DNA of 64,000 nt, taken from assembly GCA_004431415.1 (NCBI GenBank), contig QPMI01000449.1, positions 128,245-192,244 of the forward strand, given 5' to 3'. Numbering within the stretch: position 1 is the first letter of the stretch; every line of letters starts with the position of its first letter. This DNA is from Cyanophora paradoxa CCMP329 (lineage: Eukaryota > Plantae > Glaucophyta). Made by a program: the position numbers and the translations under genes. Positions 25,355 to 37,664 of this stretch are shown here, in pieces. Under the pieces are notes generated by a model. It did not search any database. It saw only the letters and a program-made list of their open reading frames with translations, and was not told the DNA's origin.

Positions 25355-28300
25355 ATGGACAACGTGCGCCCCCGGTCGCGGCCCGCCAGAGCTGCCGCGG
25401 CCGTCCGCCCGCTGATCATGAAGTTCGAACGTGCAGCTCGTGGAACGGAAGTTCCGCCACGTCCGCCTCGACGTGTTCCGGGCGGAGCTGTACCTTCGCT
25501 CCTTCCGCGCACGGCTGGTGAGCGACTTTCCCACGCTCTTACGCAGTAGTGCATGTGCTCCCCCCGCTGACCCCAGCTCGTTCGCAGCTCTACTGGGACT
25601 TGATCTGGCACGTTTGCTTCACGGCTCTCTTCATCGGGCTGATCCTTGTCATCCTCCCCGCCGATACAGCGAACCAGGTCCGCCGGCCGCGGCCCCGCGC
25701 GCTCCCCGCACCGCCTTCGGCCGCACTGCGCCTCGTGACCGGCCTATCACGCAGCACGCGACACAGCTGGCGGGGGAGGGAGCCCTGCTGAACATCATCC
25801 AGCTCGGGAGCGACGAATCTGCTTTCCTCGCCATCAACACGGTTCGCCGCCGCCCCGCCGCTCGCCCCTGCGCGCGGCCCTGACCGTCGGACGTTTGCCC
25901 CGGCGGCGCAGCACGGGGACTTCTACAGGTGGATCCGTGAGAAGCTTCTGCCCCTTCTCGAGCCCGGCAGCACGCTAGCGGGATACATGTGAGTCGCGCC
26001 TCCCCGCCCCTTCCCTTCGACCCCCCGTCCTGCTTCCCCCCCCCCCCCCCTCCGCCCCCGCCGCCCCTCCCCACACCCCCAACCCCCCCACCCCGCTCTC
26101 ATCCCCCCCCCCCTCCCCGTTGCCGCCCTCATCAACCCCCCCCCTTCCCTCCGCACCCCTCCCTCCTCCTCCCTCCCCACTCCCCCTCCCCCCCTCCGCT
26201 CACCCCCACGTCCCATCCCCGGCCGTCATCCCCCCTTTCCCATCCGCACCCCTGCCCACTCTTCCTTCCCCTCCCCATCCGACCCTCGCACCCACCCCTA
26301 ACCCCCCCTCCTGCCTCTCCTCCCCCCATCCTTCACTTCCCCTCCGCACTATTTTTTCTGACTCTTGAGGCCATGCAGGCGGCCGGTCGGCCTCCTTCGC
26401 ATCCGCCAGGTACGCTCGTCCGCAGCTCTCGGCCCCTCCACGAATCCTCGCTGTCGCCTCGAGCGCCTTCGCGTGCGATTTACGACTCACATGGTCTTAG
26501 GTTCGGGTCGTCCCGAAGGCGAGCTGCGACTCGTTTCCGGAGCTGTTAGTGCCGGCGATCTTCCAGCTCAATGCGTGCGCGCGCGCGTTCGTTTGAAAAC
26601 GACGTAGCTTGCATTCATGCCGGATATATATGACTGCTGCAGAAAATGCTACCCCCCGTACGACGCGAACGGTCTGGACGAGCGCGCGCCCCTCATCGGT
26701 CGTGCCACCGGAAAGGTTTACGAGTGGGCGGTCCGACCTTTCGCTTCTGCTCCGTATGCATCAAAGCGTTGCTCGCTCACGCACACTGCGCAGCCCGAGC
26801 GGGCGACGCTGTTCGGCTCGTACACGTACTGGAGCACGTGGCCCTCGTACGGCAAAGGCGGCTACGGCGTGAACCTCGACCCGCGCGACCTCCCCGCGGC
26901 CCGCGCGCAGGTCCGGAATCGTGCACGCTCCTATCTCTAGCTCTCGCATGCGCGTTCGAATTCGTTCTCGGCCCGCTCTGACTCGCGATCGGTGCGCAGA
27001 TCGCTGAACTGGATAGGGACGGATTCCTTGACGGTGCGTGGGGCTGCCGGTCCGCGATCGCTGGCCCTCACGCTTCGCGTTTCTTCGCTCAGAGTCGACG
27101 CGCGCCGTCGCTGTGAACATGGCTTTCTACAATAGGCACACCAGGGTCTACATCGCGGTCGATGTTGGTCCGCCTGTTCCCCAATCGATAACTGTGAATG
27201 TTCCTGTTGATCACTTTTAATGATCATGATGTCGTTCGACTTGCAGGTGTCGAGACCTCCCAGCCGGGGCTTTTCGTGAGCTTCTACCACGTCCGGCCGA
27301 TCAGACTGCAGGTCCTAGAAGACACGGTGCGCACGCCGTGCTCGACGCGATGCCTTGCGTTGCGAGATTAATATTAGACTGAGACAAACGCCGTGGAACC
27401 GCGCGCGCAGAGCACCACCGCGTTCTGCGTCGTGATCGTCGTCGGGATCGTTATCTTCGGTCCGCCTGGACCCTGCCCGTGCCTTCTCGTCTCGCTGCTA
27501 ACTTTTCCGCTGCGCAGCCGCCTCCGAGCTCTGGCAGTTCCTGCGGTCTCTGCACAGCAACTACGGGCGCGCCTACTTCAGCGACGCCTGGACCTGGATC
27601 GAGGTGCGCGCACGCCAAACAATTGAAACGCTGAGTGCATCTGGCCGGCTGGCCATGGGCATCGAAGCTGACTTCAAATTTGCTTTCCGCTTCAGCTTGC
27701 GATCATAGCGATCTTCATCGTCATCATTTGCTACACTGCAGATTTTGTGGTGAGCCTCTCAATATCGATCGCATTTCGATAGAAGCATGGGGGCTCGCTA
27801 TCCGCAACAGATCAAAATTCGATCTGATTTCGCCTGCAGAACGAGAGTCGGTACGTCCGGGACGCGCTGGTCGCCGATCCCGTGGGGCGGTACATCGATT
27901 TCCAGCAGCTGCGCCGCGTGTCCGAGGTGCGCAAGGCCGACGGGCGACCACCCAAAGAGCTCTTGCGAATCCCTTGAGCTGTCTCTGAGTGTTCTCTGGC
28001 GAACAGGTCCTCACGGACGTAGTGGGCATCAACATCCTCCTCCTCATCCTCCGCAGCTTCAAATTCCTCCGGCTGAACTCAAAGCTCTCCATCGTGTGGT
28101 GCGCATTTGCCTCCATTCATTCTTTCCAAAGGGTTGTATGCAATATTAATCGATGCCGTCTCAGGAAAACGTTGAGCCTGGCAAAGCTCGACCTGCTCTC
28201 CTTCATTTCCATCTCCGTTGTCGTGTTCGCCGCGTACGCGTTCACGGTGAGTTCGCACAGATCTAAGTCTCCAGCGCGAGCTGTGGCTGACATGGCAAAT

Positions 28301-31300
28301 AGGGGTACGTCGTCTTCGGGTACCAGGTTCAACGGGTGAGCGAAACAATCTGAATTCGAAACCTGTAGCTGTGTTGACTATTGACACGCAGTATCGAAAC
28401 TTCACCGCTTCTTTCGCCTCGCTCTTCCGCTTCATTACGGGGTACATGTTTGTGCTCCTCCCTGTAATCTCGGCTTGACAGGGCCGATCGCGCGCAACAG
28501 AGACTCGAACTACGATGAAATCCAGGAGTCGAGCCCGTTCACCGTGCGCCTCTGCGCTAGCTCGTATATATTACGAGTTCTTGATTTCCTTCTTTTCGCA
28601 GGGCTACGTGTTTTACACGACGTGCGCTGCTTTGTCAACTCGAATGACGCCCACTGCGGCGCGCGTGCACGCACGCGCGTAATCGTGACCGGCGTGCTCG
28701 TCGACTTTGCGCAGATTCGTGCTATTCGTCGCTCTTGTGCTGATCAACATCTTCATCGCCATCGTCGTGCGTCGTGCCATCATCGGTCGTTCTGCATTTT
28801 CGGCTCAGCGTTCTGCGCAGAACAAGTTCTACGAAGCAGCGTCGCATGCGGAAAAGGCCATGGCGCTCCAGGAAGACGAGCTTTTGTGCGCGTTTGTCTT
28901 TCGAACTCGTTAATCGATGCAGGGCGTCTGATCGCCGGCGGCGGCAGGGGCGAGAAGCGTATGTGGGACTTCCGACGGCTGCTTCCCTCGCCGCTCGGGG
29001 AGAAGTACGAGTGCTTCGCGAAGAGGGACGACGAACACCCGGGCGGAGGGTCGACTCCACCTAGAATCGCGGTGCGCCCGACGAATTCCTTTGAAGCGTT
29101 CCAAGAGCTCGAGCCCGCACAAAAGCTGATCAAGTCTTTCCTTTTCAGCTTTGGATCGAGAAGCGGAAGCACCAGAAGGAAGAGAAAGGATGCGAGTGTA
29201 TTCCGAAGGGAGCGTTAAACTACCTTCTCAAGTGCGTTGCTCTGAAACTTGCTTTTGGATATATTCACTTTTCTATAAATCAAAGTTGGATGCGCATGCA
29301 TGCTCGCGCTATGTCGCTCGTCATTGCTGATCGCTCGGGCAATACCAGGGGACGCGATGAGTCGGTGCGATTTCTCCTGCGCACTATCGAAGAGGTCTGC
29401 CTCGCTGTGATTCGCTTTCTGCGCTTCCCTTGACGAACCGAATATTGAAACAGAATGGGGATCTGCTCCTCGAGGCACCGGTGCGAGAGCTCTAGCCCAT
29501 ACGTACCGGGAGCTGTGGCTTCTGTCTTGACATTTCTGCGCGCGCATAGAGCTCGGATCCGGAGTCGTCGGGCAATGCAGGGAACGTGAGGCTGAAAATC
29601 CGTGAGGTTCGATACTTTCTATTCTAGGGTTGTCTTAAGCTTTTTTCATGCTTTCGCGGTCCTCGTGATCAACGAGCACTGCGGCCTCCGGTCTGCCTAT
29701 GCAGATTGGCAGCAACAAGTGCGGGAGGTTTATATTGCTGGACTTTAAATCTTCCGCGGCGGCTCAGAAACTCTTGGTAAGTACAAACGCTTATCCGCGC
29801 GTCGCGGTCATCAGAATCGATGAATCATTAAAATCGCACCGCAGAACTGCGCTTTCCTGAGTGTCCGAATGCCCGCTTTCGGCGCATGGGTGAAGGTGCG
29901 CATCCCCGTGAACTTATTTCACAAACCAAATTCACGGACGTGCTTTTATGACCAGTGCACGTCCGCTGAGAAACTTGCAGGTCATCGCGAATATTATGAT
30001 GCCTGAGTACACGCGTTATTCGAGGTACCAGGCGCTTTTAAGCAAGCGAAAGCCGATTTATCATTACGGAGCTCGCAGAGCGAGAGCTTTCCTGGAAAGT
30101 GGCGAGAATCAGAGCTGGTCGCTTGGAGGAATGTGAGCTCGTAGCGCTGACGTTTTGAACAACTCATGTGCAGCGGTAAACGCATTAATATTATACCATC
30201 GCGCAGGTGGTACCGCTGGTTCTACCGCGGAATTCTATCCGAAGTCGAGGTGAGATCGCGATCGGTAGTTACAGCGTTCTCGATCGCGAATGACGCAGAC
30301 GTGATTTCTCGGTTCGATCTTCCGCACTTCAGATCAACAAAGAAATTCGGAATCTCGCCGTGGAAGCCCGGCAGCGTCGCAGCAACAACTTGATCGGCGC
30401 GGTACGCGCACGCGTGCGGAGACAAGCGATGGCGACTCGCGCCGCGCATTAAACATCATTTATGGCGCAGGACGAGGAGCTCCTGCAATCGTTCAGGCTC
30501 GAAGACTTCCTACAGCAGCTCCGCTTGGTATGATCGTCTCGCTTGCGCTCGGGTTCCGCGCACGCTGCAGCCCGCGGCCGCTTGTCTGATCGTGAGTTCG
30601 GCGACCTACGCGTGACGCAGCTTGACGAGAGTCTGAAGCAGGAGGGTGGGACGCCAAACGGCCAAGTTCGCCGTCTGGTCGAGTCCGCTGTGAAGCTCGA
30701 CATGTGCGCCTTCTTGGTTCAACTCGGCGAGCCCTGCGAAGCCAAACTAACTCGCGGCCACTGCCCTCATGATCAGCCTTTTGAACCAGCTTCGGGAGAA
30801 CGTGCACTCGCGCACCGTTCCGCAGAGCTCGAGGCTCCAGGAAGCGCACGAGGCAGAGGCAAGCGTTTCGTTTGCGAAGCGCTGCTAGCCGCGCATCTTA
30901 CATCCGTATCTTCAGCAGCAGCAACCGAACATACAAGCGAGCTGGAGCCACGCTAGTGGTCAATCCGTGATCGACACTGCGAGAAAACAGGATGAAGATC
31001 GCGAAAAGGCGCGCGTGACGCAGTTCAATGACTTGTACCGCAAGGTACAGCTTTCACTGCTCGAGCTTCTGCTTGCAATTGCCCTCGCACATCACAAGTC
31101 GCACTAAACGTGTGGTTCGTGCAGAGCGTTGACGAGGCGTCAAACCTGCAGAGGGGGCTCATGCAGCTGCGGCTCTCCAGGCTCGAGCGGCCGGTGCGCC
31201 GTCCCATACCTAGAGCTCCGCATTCGCGTCGAAGCGATGTCGACATCTCCTGGCTCGCAGTTGAATCGCGGTACCCTTCGAATCGACGAGTGCGACCCAT

Positions 31301-33409
31301 TCGAGCTCTCGATCTTCGATCTCGCTGTTTCGCTCGGTTCCAGCTGAGAATCGATCGTTTCCCCCAGGCTTTTCAAGCGAATCAGGTGGCACCTCTCCAC
31401 AATGTATGGGCCAGGAAGTTACTCCGACGTGGTCATCAAGAGGGTGAATGAAATTGTGCTCTCAAAGCAATCTTCTTTGCTCACGCGAAAATCAATCCCC
31501 AGGGGACGGTCTTCCACTTTTGCTCGTTCCCGGAAGATTGCTTCGAGTACCTGGTCCGAATCCAAATTCTTTGTCCTTGCATCATGCTTTGCTCACGCCT
31601 GCACTTACGTGCAGAACGAGGAGGAGGAAATCGAATCGTATCACCCTGTCAGCTTCGATGTCTCGGGTTACACAGACACAAGCAAGTGCGCACTGCGATA
31701 TTCCCATCTGTTCACGAGTACTACCGCATGCACGCTCCAGCTAACTGTACATGTCATTCTTTCTCAACGTCAGAGATCCGCAGTACAAGCTAAAAAACAT
31801 TATCGAGATCATCGGGTATCCAAAAACGGTTGCTTTGCGGTTGCTTGTTTGATGATCTCGGTTTGATGTTTGGTGCAGTTTGATTATCCATGATGTCTGG
31901 TCGAAAGGCAAGATCGACGCCGGCTACACCTACGGCGTCAATCGCAACGACGACAAAGCGAAGGTGAGGAACCTTTTTCTTCTACGCGCGCTGGCCATAT
32001 GCATGGCCGCTGCACAGGGGCGTCGTCCCCTGAGCCTGGCCTGACCCCATATGACCTGAGCTTATCCGCAGGGTCCCCTGACCCACAAGCTGCTCGTTCC
32101 TTACGACGATTTGGTGGAATCGGAAAAAGCATACGACAAAAGCGCGCTGCTGTCGTGAATTTGAGCATTCACATGCTTCTTACCGCTAATCACCGTCATC
32201 GGTACAGATATGGCGATCCAAAGCCTGCGTCTCATCTGCGGACTTGGGTATGGAAAGCTTATATAATTAAGGCGCTTTTGTTGCAGAACCTCGCTTCAAA
32301 TGACCTGCAAACAGATATTCGATCGAATGGCCGGATGATCGTCCCGTCCCGTCCCACGAGCAGGCCAAGAACCAGCTCAAGAACCTCACGAGAGTGGAAA
32401 ACGGACAGCCGATCGTGTAAGCTCCCTAAGCTTGTCTAACTATGTCTTCCCTTTTTCTCTTCATTCGCCCTGTTTCGATTGCCAGCTACAACTACGCCCA
32501 CGATTGCCAGTACCCTCCGGACGCGAAGAAGCCCGCGGACTACTACAACTTGAAGACGGTCCGAATCAAACCCTCACCCTCCTTTGGAAAAGCATCTGAT
32601 CATGAACCGCACGGGACAGTGGCCCGTGCACCAGCGCTCGAGCAACGACGACGCGGACCTGCGGGAGCTGGAGGAGCTGATGGCAGAGGCCGTACACGAC
32701 CTGTGGGCCAAGGAACGCCGCGCCGAAGGAGTCGTCTTCGGGCCGAAGAGCTGCCCGGGCGAGACCTCCCAGTGCGCATGCGCCCGGCTCGACTTCATTG
32801 CGATCATGATCCTCAGCCTTCGCTGTCTGACGCCTCGCTCGCTCACTCGTTCGCTCGCTCACTGCTCTCGTCCAGCCTACTGAAGCCATGTACGCCGCCC
32901 CGTCTTTGGGGTTATATGATCAATTAATTCGAACATGCTTTTTGCTTGTTTGGTCACACGGTCTCTTCTCGCAGATGGTTTGATGAGCGCTCGGGAGAGA
33001 CAGCCTGATCTCGACACGGTGCGTATGAATACACGCCCCGGACCTCTGAAATATTATTCGCTGCTGCGCGCGTACGGCACTCGCTCAAGTTCGTTGAATG
33101 ACGCAGGTGCGCTCGACGCTGGCGACGATCAAGGCCCTGGGGTACGAGATCAAGCTCCACTCGAGGACAGGCGTCAGCGGCTTCACGGCCAAGATCAACC
33201 CGTGCGCGCGAACGAAGAACACTCTAGATCTTATAAATTAAGTCATTCGCTCCGGCTGGCGTTAACGTCGACCCCGGCCGTGGGCTGGTAGGGTGACGTA
33301 CGTCTCCAAGCGCCTGGCGAGCTACGGCGGATCGAAGGCCGCGGCCGCCAACGCCGGCCCGCCCGCCCCCGCGGACCTCGACCCCAAGTACTTGAACATC
33401 AACGTGTAG
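25355..33409 (+). CDS. Polycystin-2/TRPP-like cation channel with C-terminal tandem RyR repeats (PKDRR-like); many exons
   Basis: Polycystin domain SYGKGGYGVNLD...STRAVAVNMAFYN; TM region YFSDAWTWIE, YIDFQQL, LRSFKFLRLNSKLSIVW-KTLSLAKLDLL, FTASFASLFRFITG-DSNYDEI, LINIFIAIVNKFY. Downstream RyR repeats HDVWSKGKIDAGYTYGVNRND..THKLLVPYDDLVESEKAYDK and MAEAVHDLWAKERRAEGVVFG. Ends YLNINV*. Confidence 0.8.
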
Positions 33410-33790
33410 CCGCATTCACAATTTCTATGCGCACGCGCACGGAAGGATCGTTCATTTATTTATAATCATTCAAGCGAACTCAACATGCGAAAAAGATCGT
33501 TTAGCTTCATGATCATAGGTTTCTGGGTGGATTCAAGTGCTGCAGCCCCAGATTGGATGTATTTGCGCAAGCAAGGATCGTTTGGCTGTATACGTAGGAT
33601 CAGAATTTGAAACCTCCCACCGGCTGCAGGCCGTTGGCTTCAGGTAGAAAAGCGAACGCGATAAAGCTACGGCCAACTAGTACTATAGCGCTAGCTTAGC
33701 TTGACATATAAGACTCACATCTCGCCGAGGAGCTCGCCGAGTCGCGATCGAGCTCGAGGCTAGCTAAGCCTAGGAGCCGCCACCGCCGCC

Positions 33791-36700
33791 TCACGGGGCG
33801 CCAGCTGCAGCCGCCGGGACGCGGACGGTGGGGCAGCGAGCGAGGGGCCCCCGCGCGCCGCTGTACGAGACGGCCTGCACGGCGAACTCCTGCGGGGGTA
33901 CGCCCTCCCCGCGCACCGCCGCGCGGAAGCAGACCCGCGCGGCGCCGTCGGCAACCCGCGCCGGACCGCGGGCGCGGCCCTCGAAGGCCCACTCGCCGGC
34001 GGCCCCGCCGGGGCCGGCGACAGCCGGACGCCTGAAGATATCGTAGTGGAGTGTGCCCGGGACTGCCTCCCACGCCAGCGTCGCGGCGAGGCCGGCCGCC
34101 GGGTCGTGGGCGACCTCCTCGGCCCGCAGTGCGGCGGGGCCGGCCCGCGGGCCGGGGCCCGCCGACGCCGCCGCCTCGGCAGGCACCACAGAGAGGAAGC
34201 CGAGGTGGACGCCGTAAGCCACGGGCGAGGCCGACGCGGCCGCCGCGCCGGCGCCGCCGGCGACGAGCAAGACCTCGCGGACGATGCGGCCGGAGAAGGC
34301 AGGCGGGACGTCGAAGGAGCGCGTCTGCCAGCCGCCCTCGCACGCGCTGCCGAGCGCCGCCGCCGCCGACAGCGTCACTGTGGACGCAGAGGCGTACGCG
34401 GAAAAGGAGGAGGACGACGACGACGTCGAAACGGACGATGGCGAGGACGAAGTGACAGAGGAAGACACGACCGTGCTGCTGCTGCTGGTAGTAGTAGTCG
34501 TGGTGGTAGTGGTTCGGCTGCTCGTTGCTACGGCCGTGGCCGTGGCTGAGCCGGCGGAGGCGGAGGCGGAGGCGGCCGAGCCCTCCGGGCAGGGCATGCG
34601 GAGGACGGTACCATCGTCCAGCGCCATTGCCAAGGCGAAGGCGTGCTCCTGTACCCCGTCCGCAGGGCGGAAGGCCAGCGTCACGCGCACCCCCGAGGCG
34701 GGGACCTCCAGCGCGACCTTCTCGGGTGAGATGTGATGAATCAGATCGGCTCAGATGAGCTCAGAAACTCAGACGGACCCGCAGGAGGCGGAAAACGCCG
34801 TGGTCGCCGGGACGCTCCAGGCGCCCGCTGGCCAAGCGGAAACGCGCGAGTCAGGCGGAGCTGAGATTTAGAGAGAGCGCGGCCGGGGGAGCGGTCACCT
34901 GAAGAGGAGCGAGCCCCCGCCGTCGTACGCGGCGCCGTAGGCGAACGAGGCGGAGAGGGAGGCGGCGGCGGGGCCGGCGGCCGGCGGGCCGAGCGGGAAG
35001 GACGGCTGCAGCGCCTGCAGGCCGAAGTCCAGCCAGGGGCCGGCCCGCGCGGGGGCGCCCCGCAGGAAGAACGCGCCCCCAGCGCCCCTGCGGCGGATAA
35101 GACGGAGTCCGGGGGCGGGGGGAAGGGGGGCGGGGTACGCGGTCACGCACCTGCAGAAGGTCGTCGCGAAGGGGAGGGAGGAGGGGAGGCCCCGCGGCTC
35201 GACGTACCCCGCCACGCCCTCTGTGGGAGGGGGTAAAGGTGCGCGTCAGGGCATCCGGAGAGGATAGATAAGGGGAGCGAAAAAAAGAGGGGGAGCGGGG
35301 GGTACCAGCGGGGTCCGCGGCGCCGACGCCGGTCCAGAAACGGTCCTCCCGAGAGTCGAACGCGGCGCGCGTCTTCTCCCCCTCGGGACGGTTCTCCCAC
35401 CTGCGCCCGCCCCGCCCGCTCGATCGGGCTGTGGGTACGGGATGGCTCGGCTGGGGAGGGGAGGGGTACGCGCGTCCAGCCGGGGGCGAAGATGGCGGCG
35501 GACAGGCCTGCCTTGGCGATCACTTCGAGAGCCTGCCGGCCGGCTCGAGAGTGCGGGGGGGGGGATGAAGGCGAAGGAGGGGGGTACGGCACCTTCCAGG
35601 CGTCGAAGCCGCCCCCTCCATACGTGTTGCGGCCGAAGCAATCGATCCCTACGCGCCGCCGTCGGCCGGTACCCCCCTCCCCCCCATCACGAGGGGTACG
35701 GCGAACCGAAGAAAACGTCGCGGCGGCGGTCCGGCCCCACGAGCTGCGCCGAGCGCGCCGGCGCCGCCTCCTGAGGGGGAAGTGAGAGGGGGGTACCCAG
35801 CTCGAGCTGAGGGGGAGGGGGGTACTTGCCTTCCACGTGTAGTTCGTGAATATGGAGTCCGAGGCGCGCATGAATTCGATGTTGTTGTGGTTCACCTGTA
35901 CCCATATGAGGCGTTCAGGGGGTACCAGATCATTTAACATCACATCGCACCTCGTTCTGCCACCGGATTCGGCCGCTGAAGTCGAGAGCGTCGTACCACA
36001 TGACGGTGGAGCCCGGCACGCGCTGCGGGGGGTACCGGATCAGACGCACGGACGGGGCCGCGTGCGGGGGTACGCTGTTCTCGCCTCGTGCATCAGCTTC
36101 GTCAGGTACGCGACCCACTGACGGAGGCGTGAGGATGGGGGAGGGGGAGGGGGAGGGACGGGGTACGCGCACCTTGACGAGAAGGGCGGCGTGACGCGGA
36201 GAGGGTACAGGGCTCTCAAAGTTAAGGAGCCAGCCGTCAAATCTGAGAGAAGGGTGAGGAGAGAGCTCGAGGTACCCGTACCCCCCCGGAAACTGGGAAA
36301 TCGCGTACCCGTAGTACTGAGCGACGTCGACGAGGCGCTCGGCGTAGTAGTAAGAGGGCTCGCCCGCGGGGGGCGCCGGGCCGCCGGGCGGCCCTTCTAG
36401 GAGCCTGAGGTTCTCGGCCTCGCCCTCCTTCCACTCGCTGCGGATTCGAGCGGTGTGAGCGCGGCGGGGCCGGGGGCGACAGATAAGCAGCGCACGTGAT
36501 GAAGGTCCCGAGGACGGATACGCCGTGCCGGTGGGCAGCCTCGGTCCAGCCGCGCTGCGGGCCGCTCAGCGGATGCGGTGCGGAGGCGGAGGCGGAGGCG
36601 GGGCAGTCGCACGGGCGGCAGGGTCACGCGGTGGTGCGAGAAGTAGCAGAACGCGTCGACGAGGCTCCAGCTGCGGAAGACGTACGGGTCGGGCAGGCCC

Positions 36701-37027
36701 CAGCGCGTCTGCGCGTCCGCGTCCTGCACGTAGCCCCCGCACATGTCGTGGCTGCCCCGCGCGCCCTTAGCGCCGCGATGGATCGCGAAGGAGAACGGCG
36801 GACCAGTGCAGGACCCTCTGCACGCGCTGCGGGCGGGGAGGGCTCGCGCCGCGTAGCGGGGCGCCGCCGGCCGGGAGCTGCTGCGGGGGCGCGCCGGGCA
36901 GGGGCGGCCGCGGCTGCAGAGGAACGCTGCATACGTTCCACGGATCGCCGCCGCGCCATGCCTCGAGCTCCGCGAGGGAAGCCAAGGGCCGGCAGCGCGG
37001 CGGCTCGAAAGCTTCAGCCCCGGTCAT
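33791..37027 (-). CDS. ENGASE: Cytosolic endo-beta-N-acetylglucosaminidase (GH85)
   Basis: HDMCGGY, WSLVDAFCYFSHHRVTLPP, AAHRHGVSVLGTFITEW, YYGFDGWLLNFE, VMWYDAL..GRIRWQNE, IFTNYTW, GIDCFGR, SAAIFAPGW are GH85 hallmark motifs. Ser/Thr-rich and Fn3-like C-terminus. Confidence 0.93.
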
Positions 37028-37170
37028 CTGCGCGCTCCCGCGTCGTCGAACGCGCGCGCTGGAGTCTAAAGTGAGCAGTTGCGCACCCGAGCGGCGCGTG
37101 AGCTCGGGTTGGAGTGCAGAGGGGAGACTGGGACCGGTCGGACCCGCACCGAAGAGATATGATGGCTCTG

Positions 37171-37196
37171 TTAACCTAGTGGTCGTGGGTTCGAGC
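37171..37196 (+). pseudogene. Inverted partial copy of the tRNA-Lys-like element (anticodon 3' side to T-loop)
   Basis: TTAACCTAGTGGTCGTGGGTTCGAGC followed by GGCAAGCTG, the same trailer as the copy at 43854. Confidence 0.7.
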
Positions 37197-37257
37197 GGCA
37201 AGCTGTTGCTGACGGTGGAAAAGAATACGATGCTCTTTCTGGGTACAGCACAACTAT

Positions 37258-37312
37258 GGTGTGATGTGATGTGATGTGATGTGATGTGATGTTCTGTGCT
37301 GTGATGTGCTGT
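37258..37312. repeat. (GTGAT)n microsatellite
   Basis: Direct tandem GTGAT units. A similar GATGT/GATCT array lies at ~640-705. Confidence 0.85.
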
Positions 37313-37341
37313 GGTGAAGACAGCAGCAGCAGCAGCATGCC

Positions 37342-37402
37342 GCTCGAACCCACGACCATTAGGTTAAAAGCCTAACGCTCGTACCAACTGAGCTACCAGG
37401 GC
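37342..37402 (-). tRNA. tRNA-Lys(UUU)-like, truncated after the T-loop (pseudogene or permuted remnant)
   Basis: GCCCTGGTAGCTCAGTTGGTACGAGCGTTAGGCTTTTAACCTAATGGTCGTGGGTTCGAGC: D-arm, perfect TTAGG/CCTAA anticodon stem, TTT anticodon, A and B boxes. The 3' T-stem and acceptor strand are absent downstream. Confidence 0.7.
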
Positions 37403-37664
37403 CGTCGGACCTCTGCCCGGTGGGCCCGACCGGTCCCGTTCTCCCCGCTGCACTCCGCCGACTCCGCGAGCGCTCCCGCCGCCCGGAGAGCGTTCCCGCC
37501 GCCCGGTGAGCGCTGGGCACCTCCATTTCGCGCCGTGCACGCCCCGCTCCGCCCTGGCGCGGCGTGAGCCCGCGCAACGCTGACGGCGGCCGCGAGACGG
37601 GGCGGCCCGGCGGCGAGGCCGCGAAGCGCGCTTCCACCGCTCCAGCGATCGCAGCAACAGGACA

